DNA of 58,586 nucleotides from the NCBI GenBank assembly GCA_964445905.1, contig CAYUNN010000010.1:1-58586 (forward strand), in the 5' to 3' direction. Under the pieces are notes generated by a model that made no database searches, was not told where the DNA came from, and saw nothing but the letters and a program-made list of their open reading frames with translations. This document shows positions 19,035-27,739 of the stretch, piece after piece. The stretch comes from an uncultured Candidatus Saccharibacteria bacterium. Lineage in GTDB: Bacteria > Patescibacteriota > Minisyncoccia > Minisyncoccales > JAGGXC01. The number at the start of each line of letters is the position of its first letter. Position 1 is the first letter of the stretch. The position numbers and the translations under genes were made by a program.

Positions 19035-19967
19035 TTAACTTTCAAATCCATTAGCAATTACCACTACTTTTATTTCTCCTTCTTCTAAGCTTTTGTCTCG
19101 AGCAGCTCCAAAAATAATTTTAGCTTGGGAATCAACGCTTTTAGTAATAATTTTAGCTACCGTATTGACTTCAAAAAGAGTAAGATCTTTAGATCCAGCT
19201 ACATTAAATAAAACTCCTTTAGCTCCTTTAATAGAAAAATTAAGTAACGGAGAATTAATAGCTCTCAAAGTAGCAGTAGTTGCCCTCTTGGAACCGGTGG
19301 CTCTGCCAATCCCAAAAATAGCCGGGCCTGAATTCTTCATTATTGACTTAATATCAGCAAAATCAAGGTTAATAATTCCCGGCTTAACGATCAAATCAGA
19401 AATTCCTTGAACTGCTTCTCTTAATACTTCGTCGCAAGCCCAAAAAGCATCTTCTAGCAAAATATCCCTATCCTTCATTCTTAATAATTTATCATTCGGA
19501 ATAACAAGGAGGGTATCTACTCTTTCTTTTAATTTGATTAGTCCTTTCTGAGCAATTCTTTTTCTTTTTCCTCCTTCAAAAGAAAAGGGCTTAGTAACCA
19601 CAGCAATAGTTAAGGCTCCTGCTTTTTTAGCAATTTCTGCTATCACAGGACTAGCTCCCGTTCCAGTTCCTCCTCCAAGGCCACAAGTAATAAAAACCAT
19701 ATCAGAACCTTCTAAAACTTTAGCAATTTCTTCTTGATTTTCTTTTGCTGATTTTTCACCTAACATATAATCCATGCCAGTGCCAAGTCCTTGAGTGGCT
19801 TCTTTCCCTATTTGAATCTTAAGATCGGCTTTAGCTAACTTAATATCTTGCGCATCAGTATTCACAACAACTAAATCTATCCCTGAAATATTACAATTCG
19901 CCATTCTGGTAATAGCATTCGATCCAGATCCTCCTATCCCCACTACTTTTATCTTGGGTCTAATCAT
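19035..19967 (-). CDS. ftsZ: Cell division protein FtsZ (short, no C-terminal tail)
   Basis: [16 protein letters not shown] and INLDFAD motifs; ends VVIANGFES. Confidence 0.95.
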   Translation of the reverse strand: MIRPKIKVVGIGGSGSNAITRMANCNISGIDLVVVNTDAQDIKLAKADLKIQIGKEATQGLGTGMDYMLGEKSAKENQEEIAKVLEGSDMVFITCGLGGGTGTGASPVIAEIAKKAGALTIAVVTKPFSFEGGKRKRIAQKGLIKLKERVDTLLVIPNDKLLRMKDRDILLEDAFWACDEVLREAVQGISDLIVKPGIINLDFADIKSIMKNSGPAIFGIGRATGSKRATTATLRAINSPLLNFSIKGAKGVLFNVAGSKDLTLFEVNTVAKIITKSVDSQAKIIFGAARDKSLEEGEIKVVVIANGFES

Positions 19968-19969
19968 TG

Positions 19970-21196
19970 TTATGGAATAAAAATTCTAAAAAATTTTTTA
20001 ATCTTTGAAATTTTTCCTCTTGAATCGGAGAAAAATCCACCTTCTCTATAGCCTTCGTAACTTTCTTTGTCCATTACTAAACCACAAACAGTAGCTAATG
20101 ACGGGTCTTTATCTAAACCAATGAAGCCATTAGGAGTTCCGATTCTACAAGGAAGCTTTAATTCTTTTCTAGCCAAACTTTTAATCTTAGGAATCTTTGC
20201 TCCTCCCCCGACAAGAACAACTCCGGCTGGTAAAAGCTTCTGCCGAGAAATTTTCTTAAGTTCTTTATCGACCTGATCAAATATTTCAGAAACTCTTGCT
20301 TCAATTACGTCGATAAGTATCTTTTCGGAAAAAGACAGGGAATCAGATATTTCTATTTTTTTCTTTTTATACCTCCCTTTTTTACTCTTAATTCTCATGC
20401 AAGCACCAAACTCTCTTTTGATCTTTTCAGCCAGATCAATGTCGCACTTCAGAACAATAGCAATATCTTTTGTTATATTATTTGAACCAATTGGAAAAAC
20501 TGCAACGTGAATTAACCTTTCTTCTTCAAAAACAACTAATCCCGTTGTTTCCGCGCCAATGTCCACCAAGGCAACTCCAAGTTCTTTTTGTTGATTTGTT
20601 AAAACTGATTCTGCTGCAGCAATAGAAGAATATTTTATAGCATCAATTTGAAGATCAGCGTTAACAATAGACCTGTTCAAATTCTGCAAATAAGGAGAAA
20701 GGGCAGATAGTAAAAGAACATCCGCTTCTAACCTAATTCCTTTCATTCCTAAAACCTCCTTAATCCCAGCTTCTCCATCGACTGTAAATTCTTTTGGAAA
20801 GAAATCAATAATCTCTCTGTTTGAAGGAGGATTAATTGCTTGAGCGTTTTGAACGACCCTGTTAACATCTTCCTGGGAAATTTCTTTATCGGCTCGAGAA
20901 ACCACTATCATCCCGCGAGAAGAATTAATATCAATATGCGAACCATTAATATTAGAAATAACGGAACTTATTTCGCAACCGATAGAATTTTCTGCTTCTT
21001 CAACTAGAGAATTAATCTCCTCTGACAACTCATCCGGCTTTACTACTACTCCCCTTCTCATCCCTACTGACGATCTTTTACCAGAAAATAAAACTTCAGA
21101 ATCAGAATCTTTATCTTCTTTTGAAGCAACTAAAATTTTTATTTTGTCGGTTCCTATATCAAGCCCCGTTATAATTTTATTTTTTTTACCAAACAC
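19970..21196 (-). CDS. ftsA: Cell division protein FtsA
   Basis: GLDIGT, VDIGAETT and LVGGGAK motifs; C-terminal amphipathic helix KIKKFFRIF. Confidence 0.95.
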   Translation of the reverse strand: MFGKKNKIITGLDIGTDKIKILVASKEDKDSDSEVLFSGKRSSVGMRRGVVVKPDELSEEINSLVEEAENSIGCEISSVISNINGSHIDINSSRGMIVVSRADKEISQEDVNRVVQNAQAINPPSNREIIDFFPKEFTVDGEAGIKEVLGMKGIRLEADVLLLSALSPYLQNLNRSIVNADLQIDAIKYSSIAAAESVLTNQQKELGVALVDIGAETTGLVVFEEERLIHVAVFPIGSNNITKDIAIVLKCDIDLAEKIKREFGACMRIKSKKGRYKKKKIEISDSLSFSEKILIDVIEARVSEIFDQVDKELKKISRQKLLPAGVVLVGGGAKIPKIKSLARKELKLPCRIGTPNGFIGLDKDPSLATVCGLVMDKESYEGYREGGFFSDSRGKISKIKKFFRIFIP

Positions 21197-21205
21197 AGAT
21201 ATTGA

Positions 21206-21643
21206 TTAATTAATATTTAAAAGATAATGATTTTGTTTATCTTCCATTTTTTTAGCTTCTTCTTCGGAAAGTTCGTGATCGTAACCCAAAACATGTAATA
21301 TTCCATGAATTAAAACTCTTGCTAATTCTTCTTGAAAAACTTTATTCTCTAAGTTTTCGTCTTGCAATGACCGTGAAAACAATTTAAACTTTTTGATGTT
21401 TTTTTTAATTTCTGAAAGACAAATAACTATTTCTCCTGAATTATCATAGATAAAAGACAAAACATCAGTTACTTTATTTTTCTTTCGATATTTTTTATTC
21501 AAATCTCTTATTCTCCCCTGGCCAACTAAAACAATTGACAATTCTATCTCTTCTTTATTCTCGCCTATTAAAACTTTTTTGGCAACTTCTTTTAAGGATT
21601 GCTCGTCAACCTGATTAGTAGTCAAATTATTAATTTCAATCAT
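21206..21643 (-). CDS. ybeY: rRNA maturation RNase YbeY
   Basis: TDVLSF and IHGILHVLGYDH motifs. Confidence 0.95.
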   Translation of the reverse strand: MIEINNLTTNQVDEQSLKEVAKKVLIGENKEEIELSIVLVGQGRIRDLNKKYRKKNKVTDVLSFIYDNSGEIVICLSEIKKNIKKFKLFSRSLQDENLENKVFQEELARVLIHGILHVLGYDHELSEEEAKKMEDKQNHYLLNIN

Positions 21644-21811
21644 TAAAATATTTTAAAAAAGTTTATTAAAAACAGACAAATAATTCCTTTTAAAAACTGT
21701 TCTTGTGTCTTTTGAAAAATTATAGATAAATTAAAACTTATTAAATTATCCTATCAAAAAATCATTATAACAGCAATACTCAGCAGTTTTTAACATGACA
21801 TATTTGACCTA

Positions 21812-21846
21812 ATAAGATAAGATAAAATAAAATAAAATAAGACAAG
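21812..21846 (+). repeat. Seven tandem pentamers (ATAAG/ATAAA/ACAAG) in the pilin promoter region
   Basis: ATAAG ATAAG ATAAA ATAAA ATAAA ATAAG ACAAG, directly after TTGACC (21804..21809). Confidence 0.6.
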
Positions 21847-21857
21847 TATAAAGAGAA

Positions 21858-22700
21858 ATGAAGAATAAAGCTTTTACTCTCATAGAGCTCTTAGTTGTTA
21901 TTGCCATAATTGGTGTTCTTTCTTCTATCGTTTTAGTTAATTTAAGTGGGCAAAGAGAAAAAGCCAGGATTGCCACAGGTTTACGGTTCAGTCAATCTGT
22001 TCACCATGCCCTGGGAGCTTATATTGTTGGTGACTGGAGATTTGACGAAGGAGGAGGAACAACTGCCAAAGACTCTTCCGGTTATGGCAATAATGGAACA
22101 ATCCATGGAGCAAGTTATACGTCTGACACTCCTTCCGGCAAGGGCTATGCCTTAGAATTTAATGGAAGCAATGCTTATATAAGCTTACCCCTCCTGAACA
22201 GCACCAACAAATTTACTTTATCGGTATGGATTTATCCTCGCTCAGCAGCATCAAATCGTCATGTCTTTGCCAACGATTCTGGCACTAATTGGAGAAACAC
22301 CGCTCTTATTTCTTATTGGTACACCAGAATAGAAGGTTCTACTACTCGCGATGATTTGGCAATGCCCTCTCTCTCGGCCAGTGAATGGACCCATCTTGCA
22401 TTTGTATACGATGGCACGAAAGCAACAGATATTAAAAGTATTTATAAGAATGGTGCTTTATCTCAAACAGTCAGCCCAACTAATCATGGCGCGGGTAATA
22501 TTGGCGCAGGAATCGACAGATCACAGCTGGGATATGGTGGAGACGGTATTTACTTTGATGGCCTGATGGACGAAGTCCGTATTTATGCAACAGCGTTAGA
22601 AGCAAACCAAATAAAATCTCAGTATTATGCTGGATTAAATAGACTACTAGTAAAAGGATTAATGAGTAAGCAAGAGTACGAAGAAAAATTAGCTATGTAA
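21858..22700 (+). CDS. Prepilin with a LamG/concanavalin-A-like lectin domain
   Basis: KAFTLIELLVVIAIIG; WRFDEGGGTTAKDSSGYGNNGT, FTLSVWIYP, WTHLAFVYDG and FDGLMDEVRIY motifs. Confidence 0.9.
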   Translation: MKNKAFTLIELLVVIAIIGVLSSIVLVNLSGQREKARIATGLRFSQSVHHALGAYIVGDWRFDEGGGTTAKDSSGYGNNGTIHGASYTSDTPSGKGYALEFNGSNAYISLPLLNSTNKFTLSVWIYPRSAASNRHVFANDSGTNWRNTALISYWYTRIEGSTTRDDLAMPSLSASEWTHLAFVYDGTKATDIKSIYKNGALSQTVSPTNHGAGNIGAGIDRSQLGYGGDGIYFDGLMDEVRIYATALEANQIKSQYYAGLNRLLVKGLMSKQEYEEKLAM

Positions 22701-22727
22701 TAAATTTTAAAGAAATTTTATTTAAAC

Positions 22728-22757
22728 AAAAAGAGTAGCATTGGAAGCTACTTTTTT
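22728..22757. terminator. Bidirectional intrinsic terminator
   Basis: AGTAGC-ATTGGAA-GCTACT flanked by A and T runs, between convergent genes. Confidence 0.7.
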
Positions 22758-22778
22758 CATTAAAATTAATTACCTGAA

Positions 22779-23273
22779 TTAATTTTCTAACAACTCTTTA
22801 ACTATCTTAAAAACTAAACTGCCATCAGCTCTGCCCTTAGTCTTCTGTGTTAATTCTGCCATAACCCTGCCTACGCTCTTTATTTCCGTAATATTATTTT
22901 TTTCAATAATTTCTTTCGCTAAGCTTTTAATTTCTTCTTCTGATAGTTGTTCTGGTAAATATTTTTTTAAAATTTCCGATTCTTTTTCTTCTTTCTCTGC
23001 TAAATTTTCTCTTCCTGCTTTCTTGTAATCAAAAATTGATTCTTTTCTTTTTTTAACCTCAGAAGAAAGAATTTCAATCAATTCTTCTTGATTAAGCTTG
23101 CTTTTCTTAATAATTTCTTCTTCGAGATCTTCTTCTTTAGCTATTTTAAATCTTTTTTCTTTTTCTTTATTTAAAACAGCCGCGCTTAACATTCTTAAAG
23201 TAGAAACTTTAATTTCATTTCTTTCTTTCAATGCTTTTCTCAAATCATTTTCTAGTTCTTCCCTTAAATCCAT
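22779..23273 (-). CDS. GatB/YqeY domain protein
   Basis: STLRML, KKRKESI, YLPEQLS and KGRADG motifs; follows rpsU. Confidence 0.92.
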   Translation of the reverse strand: MDLREELENDLRKALKERNEIKVSTLRMLSAAVLNKEKEKRFKIAKEEDLEEEIIKKSKLNQEELIEILSSEVKKRKESIFDYKKAGRENLAEKEEKESEILKKYLPEQLSEEEIKSLAKEIIEKNNITEIKSVGRVMAELTQKTKGRADGSLVFKIVKELLEN

Positions 23274-23508
23274 ATGTGTTAGTTATTTTTCCTAATTTTC
23301 TCTTCTCCTGATATTCTTTACTTAATTCTTTTTTCTTTAAGGCTTCTTTCTTTTTCAACTGATCGCTCTTGGGTTTAATTCTATATCTTATCTTTCTTGC
23401 TTGTATTAAAACACCACTCTTTTTAACACTTTTAGTAAAGCGCCTGATCAAGCTTTGATTGTTCTCGTTTTGCTGACGATTTACCTCTATTACCATGTTT
23501 CTTTTCAT
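23245..23508 (-). CDS. rpsU: 30S ribosomal protein bS21 (CPR-type)
   Basis: EV..ENNQSLIRRFTKSVKKSGVL pattern; rpsU-yqeY synteny. Confidence 0.8.
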   Translation of the reverse strand: MKRNMVIEVNRQQNENNQSLIRRFTKSVKKSGVLIQARKIRYRIKPKSDQLKKKEALKKKELSKEYQEKRKLGKITNTYGFKGRTRK

Positions 23509-23532
23509 AATTTTACTTAATTAATTTAACGT

Positions 23533-23901
23533 TTAATTTTTTTCTCTGACAGGACCAATATCTTCTCTGAGAGGAGCTCCTCCTAAAAGATGTAAATGAA
23601 TATGCCCAATTTCTTGTCCTCCATGATCGCCGACCCTAAAAAGAAGCTTATACCCATTTTCAGCTATACCAAGATTATCAGCTATTTTCTTCGATGTCAA
23701 AATAATCTTACCCATAAGTTCAATGTCTTCCTCTTTAATGTTATTAATGCTGGCAATATGCTTTTTAGGAATAATTAATACATGAACCGGAGTTAAAGGG
23801 TGAATATCATGAAAAGCAACTATTTCTTTGTCCTCATAGATTAATTCGGTAGAAGTTTCTTTGTTTGAAATTTTACAAAAAAGGCAGTCTTCCATTTTCA
23901 A
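23533..23901 (-). CDS. Histidine triad nucleotide-binding protein
   Basis: DCLFCKI and HIHLHLLGG motifs. Confidence 0.93.
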   Translation of the reverse strand: MKMEDCLFCKISNKETSTELIYEDKEIVAFHDIHPLTPVHVLIIPKKHIASINNIKEEDIELMGKIILTSKKIADNLGIAENGYKLLFRVGDHGGQEIGHIHLHLLGGAPLREDIGPVREKN

Positions 23902-23903
23902 AA

Positions 23904-25247
23904 TTAGATTCTTTTTTTAACTTCTTTTATTATTTTGCTAATTTCTACCGAAGTTTGTTTCCCGCTTTTCATGTCTCTTATCATTATCTCTTTATCAATT
24001 ACTTCTCTTTGCCCAAGAATTAAAGAATATTTAACTCCCCATCTATCCGCAACCCTTAATTGAGATTTAAGAGAATCTTTGTCAAAAGCGGTTAATACGG
24101 GAATCCTTGCTTTTCTAAACTGCTCCATAAGCTTCAGGCTTTCAACTTTAGCTCTTTTTCCTAGCTGAGCTAAGAATATTTTGGGTTTTTTCCCTCGACG
24201 AGGATTAATGTCTTTAATTTTCATTAATTCAACAATCCTTTCTACTCCAGCCGCCATTCCAAAAGCAGGAATATCTTTACCTCCTAAAATCTTAGCTAGA
24301 TCATCGTATCTACCTCCTCCCCCTAAAGCATTTTTAGCTAAAATATTAGAGATATCTTCTCCCTCTATTTTTTTACCTAATTCGTCTTTCGGGAAAGGAA
24401 GACCATCTTCACCGCCAGGGAATATTTCAAAGACAGTTTTAGTATAATAATCCAAACCTCTTACTAAATAAGGGTTAAGATGATAGGGCAAATTCAATTC
24501 GTCTAAAAACTCTAATACTTCTTTAAAGTGACTATGACATTCTTTACAGAGATGATCTATTATCTGGGGTGCAGAATTAACAATGTCCCTGCATCCTTCT
24601 TCTTTGCAATCAAGAATCCTTAAGGGATTTTCCTTGAGTCTTACTTTACAATCTTTGCATAAAGAAGAACTATTGGATCTTAAAAAGTTTTTAAGTAATT
24701 TTTTATAATAAGGACGGCACTGAGAACAGCCGATACTATTTATTTCTATAACTAAATTATCAAGCTTTAATTTTCTTAATATTTCATAAAAGATTTGAAT
24801 AACCTGGACGTCAATTACCGAACTTTTATCTCCTAGGACCTCTACCCCTGTCTGCCAAAACTGACGATATCTTCCCGCTTGAGGCCTTTCGTAGCGAAAA
24901 AAGGGACCAAAATACCAAAGCTTCACTGGCTGAGGAAGAGTCCTCATTCCGTGCTGAATATAAGATCTAACTATCGGAGCTGTTCCTTCTGGCCTTAAAA
25001 CAAGGATATCTTCTCCTTTAGTTTTCAAAGTATACATTTGTTTCGTTATAATATCGGTGCTCTGACCAACACTTTTTGAAAAAAGATCAACATTCTCAAT
25101 AATAGGAGTATCTATTTTTCCAAATCTGTAATATTTAGCTATGCTTTGAACTGCCCTATGAACTTCTCTAAAATATCTCTGTTCTTTAGGAAGAATATCA
25201 TGCATTCCAGAAGGACTTTGAAGTTTACTCTTTTTTTTCTTAGCCAT
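23904..25247 (-). CDS. hisS: Histidine--tRNA ligase
   Basis: LRPEGTA, FRYERPQAGRYRQF, LVRGLDYY and GGGRYD motifs. Confidence 0.97.
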   Translation of the reverse strand: MAKKKKSKLQSPSGMHDILPKEQRYFREVHRAVQSIAKYYRFGKIDTPIIENVDLFSKSVGQSTDIITKQMYTLKTKGEDILVLRPEGTAPIVRSYIQHGMRTLPQPVKLWYFGPFFRYERPQAGRYRQFWQTGVEVLGDKSSVIDVQVIQIFYEILRKLKLDNLVIEINSIGCSQCRPYYKKLLKNFLRSNSSSLCKDCKVRLKENPLRILDCKEEGCRDIVNSAPQIIDHLCKECHSHFKEVLEFLDELNLPYHLNPYLVRGLDYYTKTVFEIFPGGEDGLPFPKDELGKKIEGEDISNILAKNALGGGGRYDDLAKILGGKDIPAFGMAAGVERIVELMKIKDINPRRGKKPKIFLAQLGKRAKVESLKLMEQFRKARIPVLTAFDKDSLKSQLRVADRWGVKYSLILGQREVIDKEIMIRDMKSGKQTSVEISKIIKEVKKRI

Positions 25248-25267
25248 AAGTCAAACTATTTAAAAAA

Positions 25268-25813
25268 TTAATAACCAGGACTGTAAATTTTAGTAAAAGA
25301 ATTGAATGGCCAAGCTCTTAAGTAAACTCTGCCAATAATATTTTCTTCTCTGAGAGGACCAAACTTTCTTGAATCAAAAGAAGCAGACCGATTATCTCCT
25401 AAAACAAAATATTCTCCTTCCTGCAAAGAAATCTCCATATCTCCCGAGGTAATAATGTAATTAGGAAGATATTCTTCCTCGTCTAATATTATAAGCCCAG
25501 CCCCATCATAAATGCTAATTAATCCATTTTCTATTTCTATTGTTTCTCCCGGAAGACCAATAACTCTCTTAATATATTTAGCAAAAGGTGCTACAGGAGA
25601 ATCAAATACAACTACTTCTCCCCTTTTAGGAGAATTAAGTCTATAGGTTATTTCATCTATGATTAAATAGTCACCGTCAGAAAAATTAGGCTCCATCGAC
25701 TCTCCCCTAACAACAAAAGGCTGGAATAAAAAAATTCTAACAGGAATTACTATCAATAATGCGATAATAACTATTTTCAATATTTCAAAAGAAAAAGATA
25801 AAAAACTTTTCAT
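25268..25813 (-). CDS. lepB: Signal peptidase I
   Basis: GESMEP, YIKRVIGLPG and GDNR..S.DSR motifs. Confidence 0.95.
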   Translation of the reverse strand: MKSFLSFSFEILKIVIIALLIVIPVRIFLFQPFVVRGESMEPNFSDGDYLIIDEITYRLNSPKRGEVVVFDSPVAPFAKYIKRVIGLPGETIEIENGLISIYDGAGLIILDEEEYLPNYIITSGDMEISLQEGEYFVLGDNRSASFDSRKFGPLREENIIGRVYLRAWPFNSFTKIYSPGY

Positions 25814-25894
25814 GGTTTTATTATTATAACAATATTTTAAAATTTCACAAGTTATCTCTTTTTGCTCTATTTTTTACTATGATATAATAAGGGA

Positions 25895-26470
25895 ATGATT
25901 TTAGTAATTGGATTAGGCAATCCTGGAGAAAAATATAAAGAAACTAGGCATAATATTGGCTGGATAGCTTTAGATGAATTTAAAAAGAAAAATAATTTTG
26001 GAGAATGGAACGAAAATAAAAAGACAAGGTCAACGATAAGTAAAGGGATTATTAATGAAAAGGAAATATTATTAGCAAAGCCCGTTACTTTTATGAATCT
26101 TTCTGGAGAAGCAATCGTAAAAATAATATCTTATTATAAAATAATCCCAGAAAAAATAATTATTGTTCATGATGATATTGATATTGAAATTGGCAAGATA
26201 AAAATAATAGAAAAAAGAGGAGCAGCTGGTCATAAGGGTGTTCTTTCTATAACCAAAATACTTAAAACAAAAAACTTCATTAGAATAAGAGTTGGGATAA
26301 AACCAAAAGGCAAAAAGCCGTCTAGCGCAGAAAGATTTGTTATTTCTCAATTTAATCAAAAAGAAAGAAAAATCTTAAAAGAAACGGTAGAAAAAACAAT
26401 AAAAGCAATAGAAATAATCTCGGAGGAAGGAATTCAAAAAGCAATGAATATTTTTAATAAAAAAAGCTGA
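25895..26470 (+). CDS. pth: Peptidyl-tRNA hydrolase
   Basis: GLGNPG, TRHNIG, FMNLSG, HDD and GHKG motifs. Confidence 0.96.
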   Translation: MILVIGLGNPGEKYKETRHNIGWIALDEFKKKNNFGEWNENKKTRSTISKGIINEKEILLAKPVTFMNLSGEAIVKIISYYKIIPEKIIIVHDDIDIEIGKIKIIEKRGAAGHKGVLSITKILKTKNFIRIRVGIKPKGKKPSSAERFVISQFNQKERKILKETVEKTIKAIEIISEEGIQKAMNIFNKKS

Positions 26471-26488
26471 AGCAAAAAATTGCTTCAG
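26467..26488. terminator. Hairpin between convergent pth and the small membrane gene
   Basis: CTGAAGCAA-AAAA-TTGCTTCAG. Confidence 0.65.
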
Positions 26489-26496
26489 ATAAAATA

Positions 26497-26703
26497 CTAC
26501 ATCTTTGAATCAGAGTAAATTCCCGCTATTACAAGAATTAAGCCAGAAATAACAAAAGCGACACTAAGAAGAATAAGATACATTCGATCAAACGTCCCAA
26601 ATTTAGCAAAGAGAAGAGCTCCCGAAACAACGAGAATTATGCCGAAATATATCATCGTAATCAACCTTCTGTTATACTTATTCCCTGTTTTCAATACAAT
26701 CAC
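26497..26703 (-). CDS. Small two-TM membrane protein
   Basis: Two hydrophobic helices; strong SD AGGAGGTG, so the real start is probably TTG at 26694. Confidence 0.65.
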   Translation of the reverse strand: MIVLKTGNKYNRRLITMIYFGIILVVSGALLFAKFGTFDRMYLILLSVAFVISGLILVIAGIYSDSKM

Positions 26704-26778
26704 CTCCTTTTTTAAAAGCTTACTAATTAAGCATAATAGAATTTAAAAAAAAGTAAAGAAAAAAAATAGGGAATTTCC

Positions 26779-27435
26779 CTATATATTTTTTAATTTTTTT
26801 TGCGTGTCAAAGAATCTTTTTATAGCAGTATAATATCCTCCTGCTGCAAATAGGATCGTCATCCAACCTAGCAGGGTAAATTTTATTGAACTAATGCCTA
26901 TTTCACTCCACCAAACGGAACTGAGAATGAGTACGATTATCATGATGAATAATCGCCAGACTCTACCAAAACCCCCGTAATTCCGCGACAAGCCCACTGT
27001 TTTTGACAAAGCGCCAAAATTTGAAGTTAAGGACACTCCCCCAACAGCAAGAGCGACTATAGGCCAGTTAATAAACCCCCCAAACCCAACTGCTAAAATT
27101 AAAACCAGGTCAGCAACACGATCCAGGCTATGGTCAAGATAGTCTCCCGACTTACTCTGAACATTTCTTATTCTTGCTAAATTACCATCTAGAGCATCAA
27201 GCAAAGAACTTAGCGCTAGAAATATACCGGCAATAAAGATTATGATTCTAGACTGGTAAAAGCCAGCTAAAAAAATAAAAGCGGCGGTAATAAAAGCAAG
27301 AAGAAGAGAAATTATTGTCAGACCATCAGGAGTAATAAAAGAAGGAATTTTTCTACTAATCTTTTCTAAAATTCTATCACTTTTTTCTCTTGACGACGCA
27401 ATGCTTTCTTTCTTAATTTCTTTCTTTCCAAACAT
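26779..27435 (-). CDS. CDP-alcohol phosphatidyltransferase, archaeal (archaetidyl-phosphate synthase)-like
   Basis: TPDGLT; DALDGNLAR...GDYLDHSLDRVAD (DxxDGxxAR...GxxxDxxxD); RNYGG.GR; C-terminal TAIKRF. Confidence 0.88.
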   Translation of the reverse strand: MFGKKEIKKESIASSREKSDRILEKISRKIPSFITPDGLTIISLLLAFITAAFIFLAGFYQSRIIIFIAGIFLALSSLLDALDGNLARIRNVQSKSGDYLDHSLDRVADLVLILAVGFGGFINWPIVALAVGGVSLTSNFGALSKTVGLSRNYGGFGRVWRLFIMIIVLILSSVWWSEIGISSIKFTLLGWMTILFAAGGYYTAIKRFFDTQKKLKNI

Positions 27436-27467
27436 TTACTTCTCTCCTATCTTTATTTTAAAATAAC

Positions 27468-27608
27468 TTTTTTATTCTTAAAGCTACCTGCGAGCGATTA
27501 GAGCCCTTGAACATAAGTTCAAAAACTCTAAATCTTCTAGCTACTTATTAAGTTAAGGAGGGATTACTTAATTTTTGCTACTCTCAGATAGCTTTAAAAA
27601 CAAAAAAA
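27468..27608 (-). ncRNA. Putative structured cis-regulatory RNA (three-way junction with a C-rich anti-SD loop)
   Basis: Long closing stem plus two hairpins. About 7 G-U pairs exist only on the minus-strand transcript. It lies between a consensus promoter and the SD of the CDP-alcohol transferase gene. Confidence 0.6.
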
Positions 27609-27629
27609 CTTTACTTCAAGCTATTATAT

Positions 27630-27657
27630 ATTATAATTAATTAAATATTTTTGTCAA
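27630..27657 (-). promoter_or_regulatory. Consensus sigma70 promoter TTGACA-16-TATAAT
   Basis: TTGACA at 27657..27652 and TATAAT at 27635..27630. Confidence 0.8.
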
Positions 27658-27739
27658 GGTAAAATATTTTTCTCCACTATTTTGTTTTTGCAAAAATTGC
27701 AATAATCAGTTAAAAAGAAAAAATTAACTTTTTAAAAAA

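Noticed and set aside
21858-22700. Diversity-generating retroelement target
   Set aside because: No reverse transcriptase and no second near-identical template repeat is visible in the window.
27468-27608. Known riboswitch, T-box, tRNA or simple terminator
   Set aside because: I recognise no conserved aptamer or T-box motif and no cloverleaf. P1 is followed by A-rich sequence rather than a U tract on the transcribed strand.
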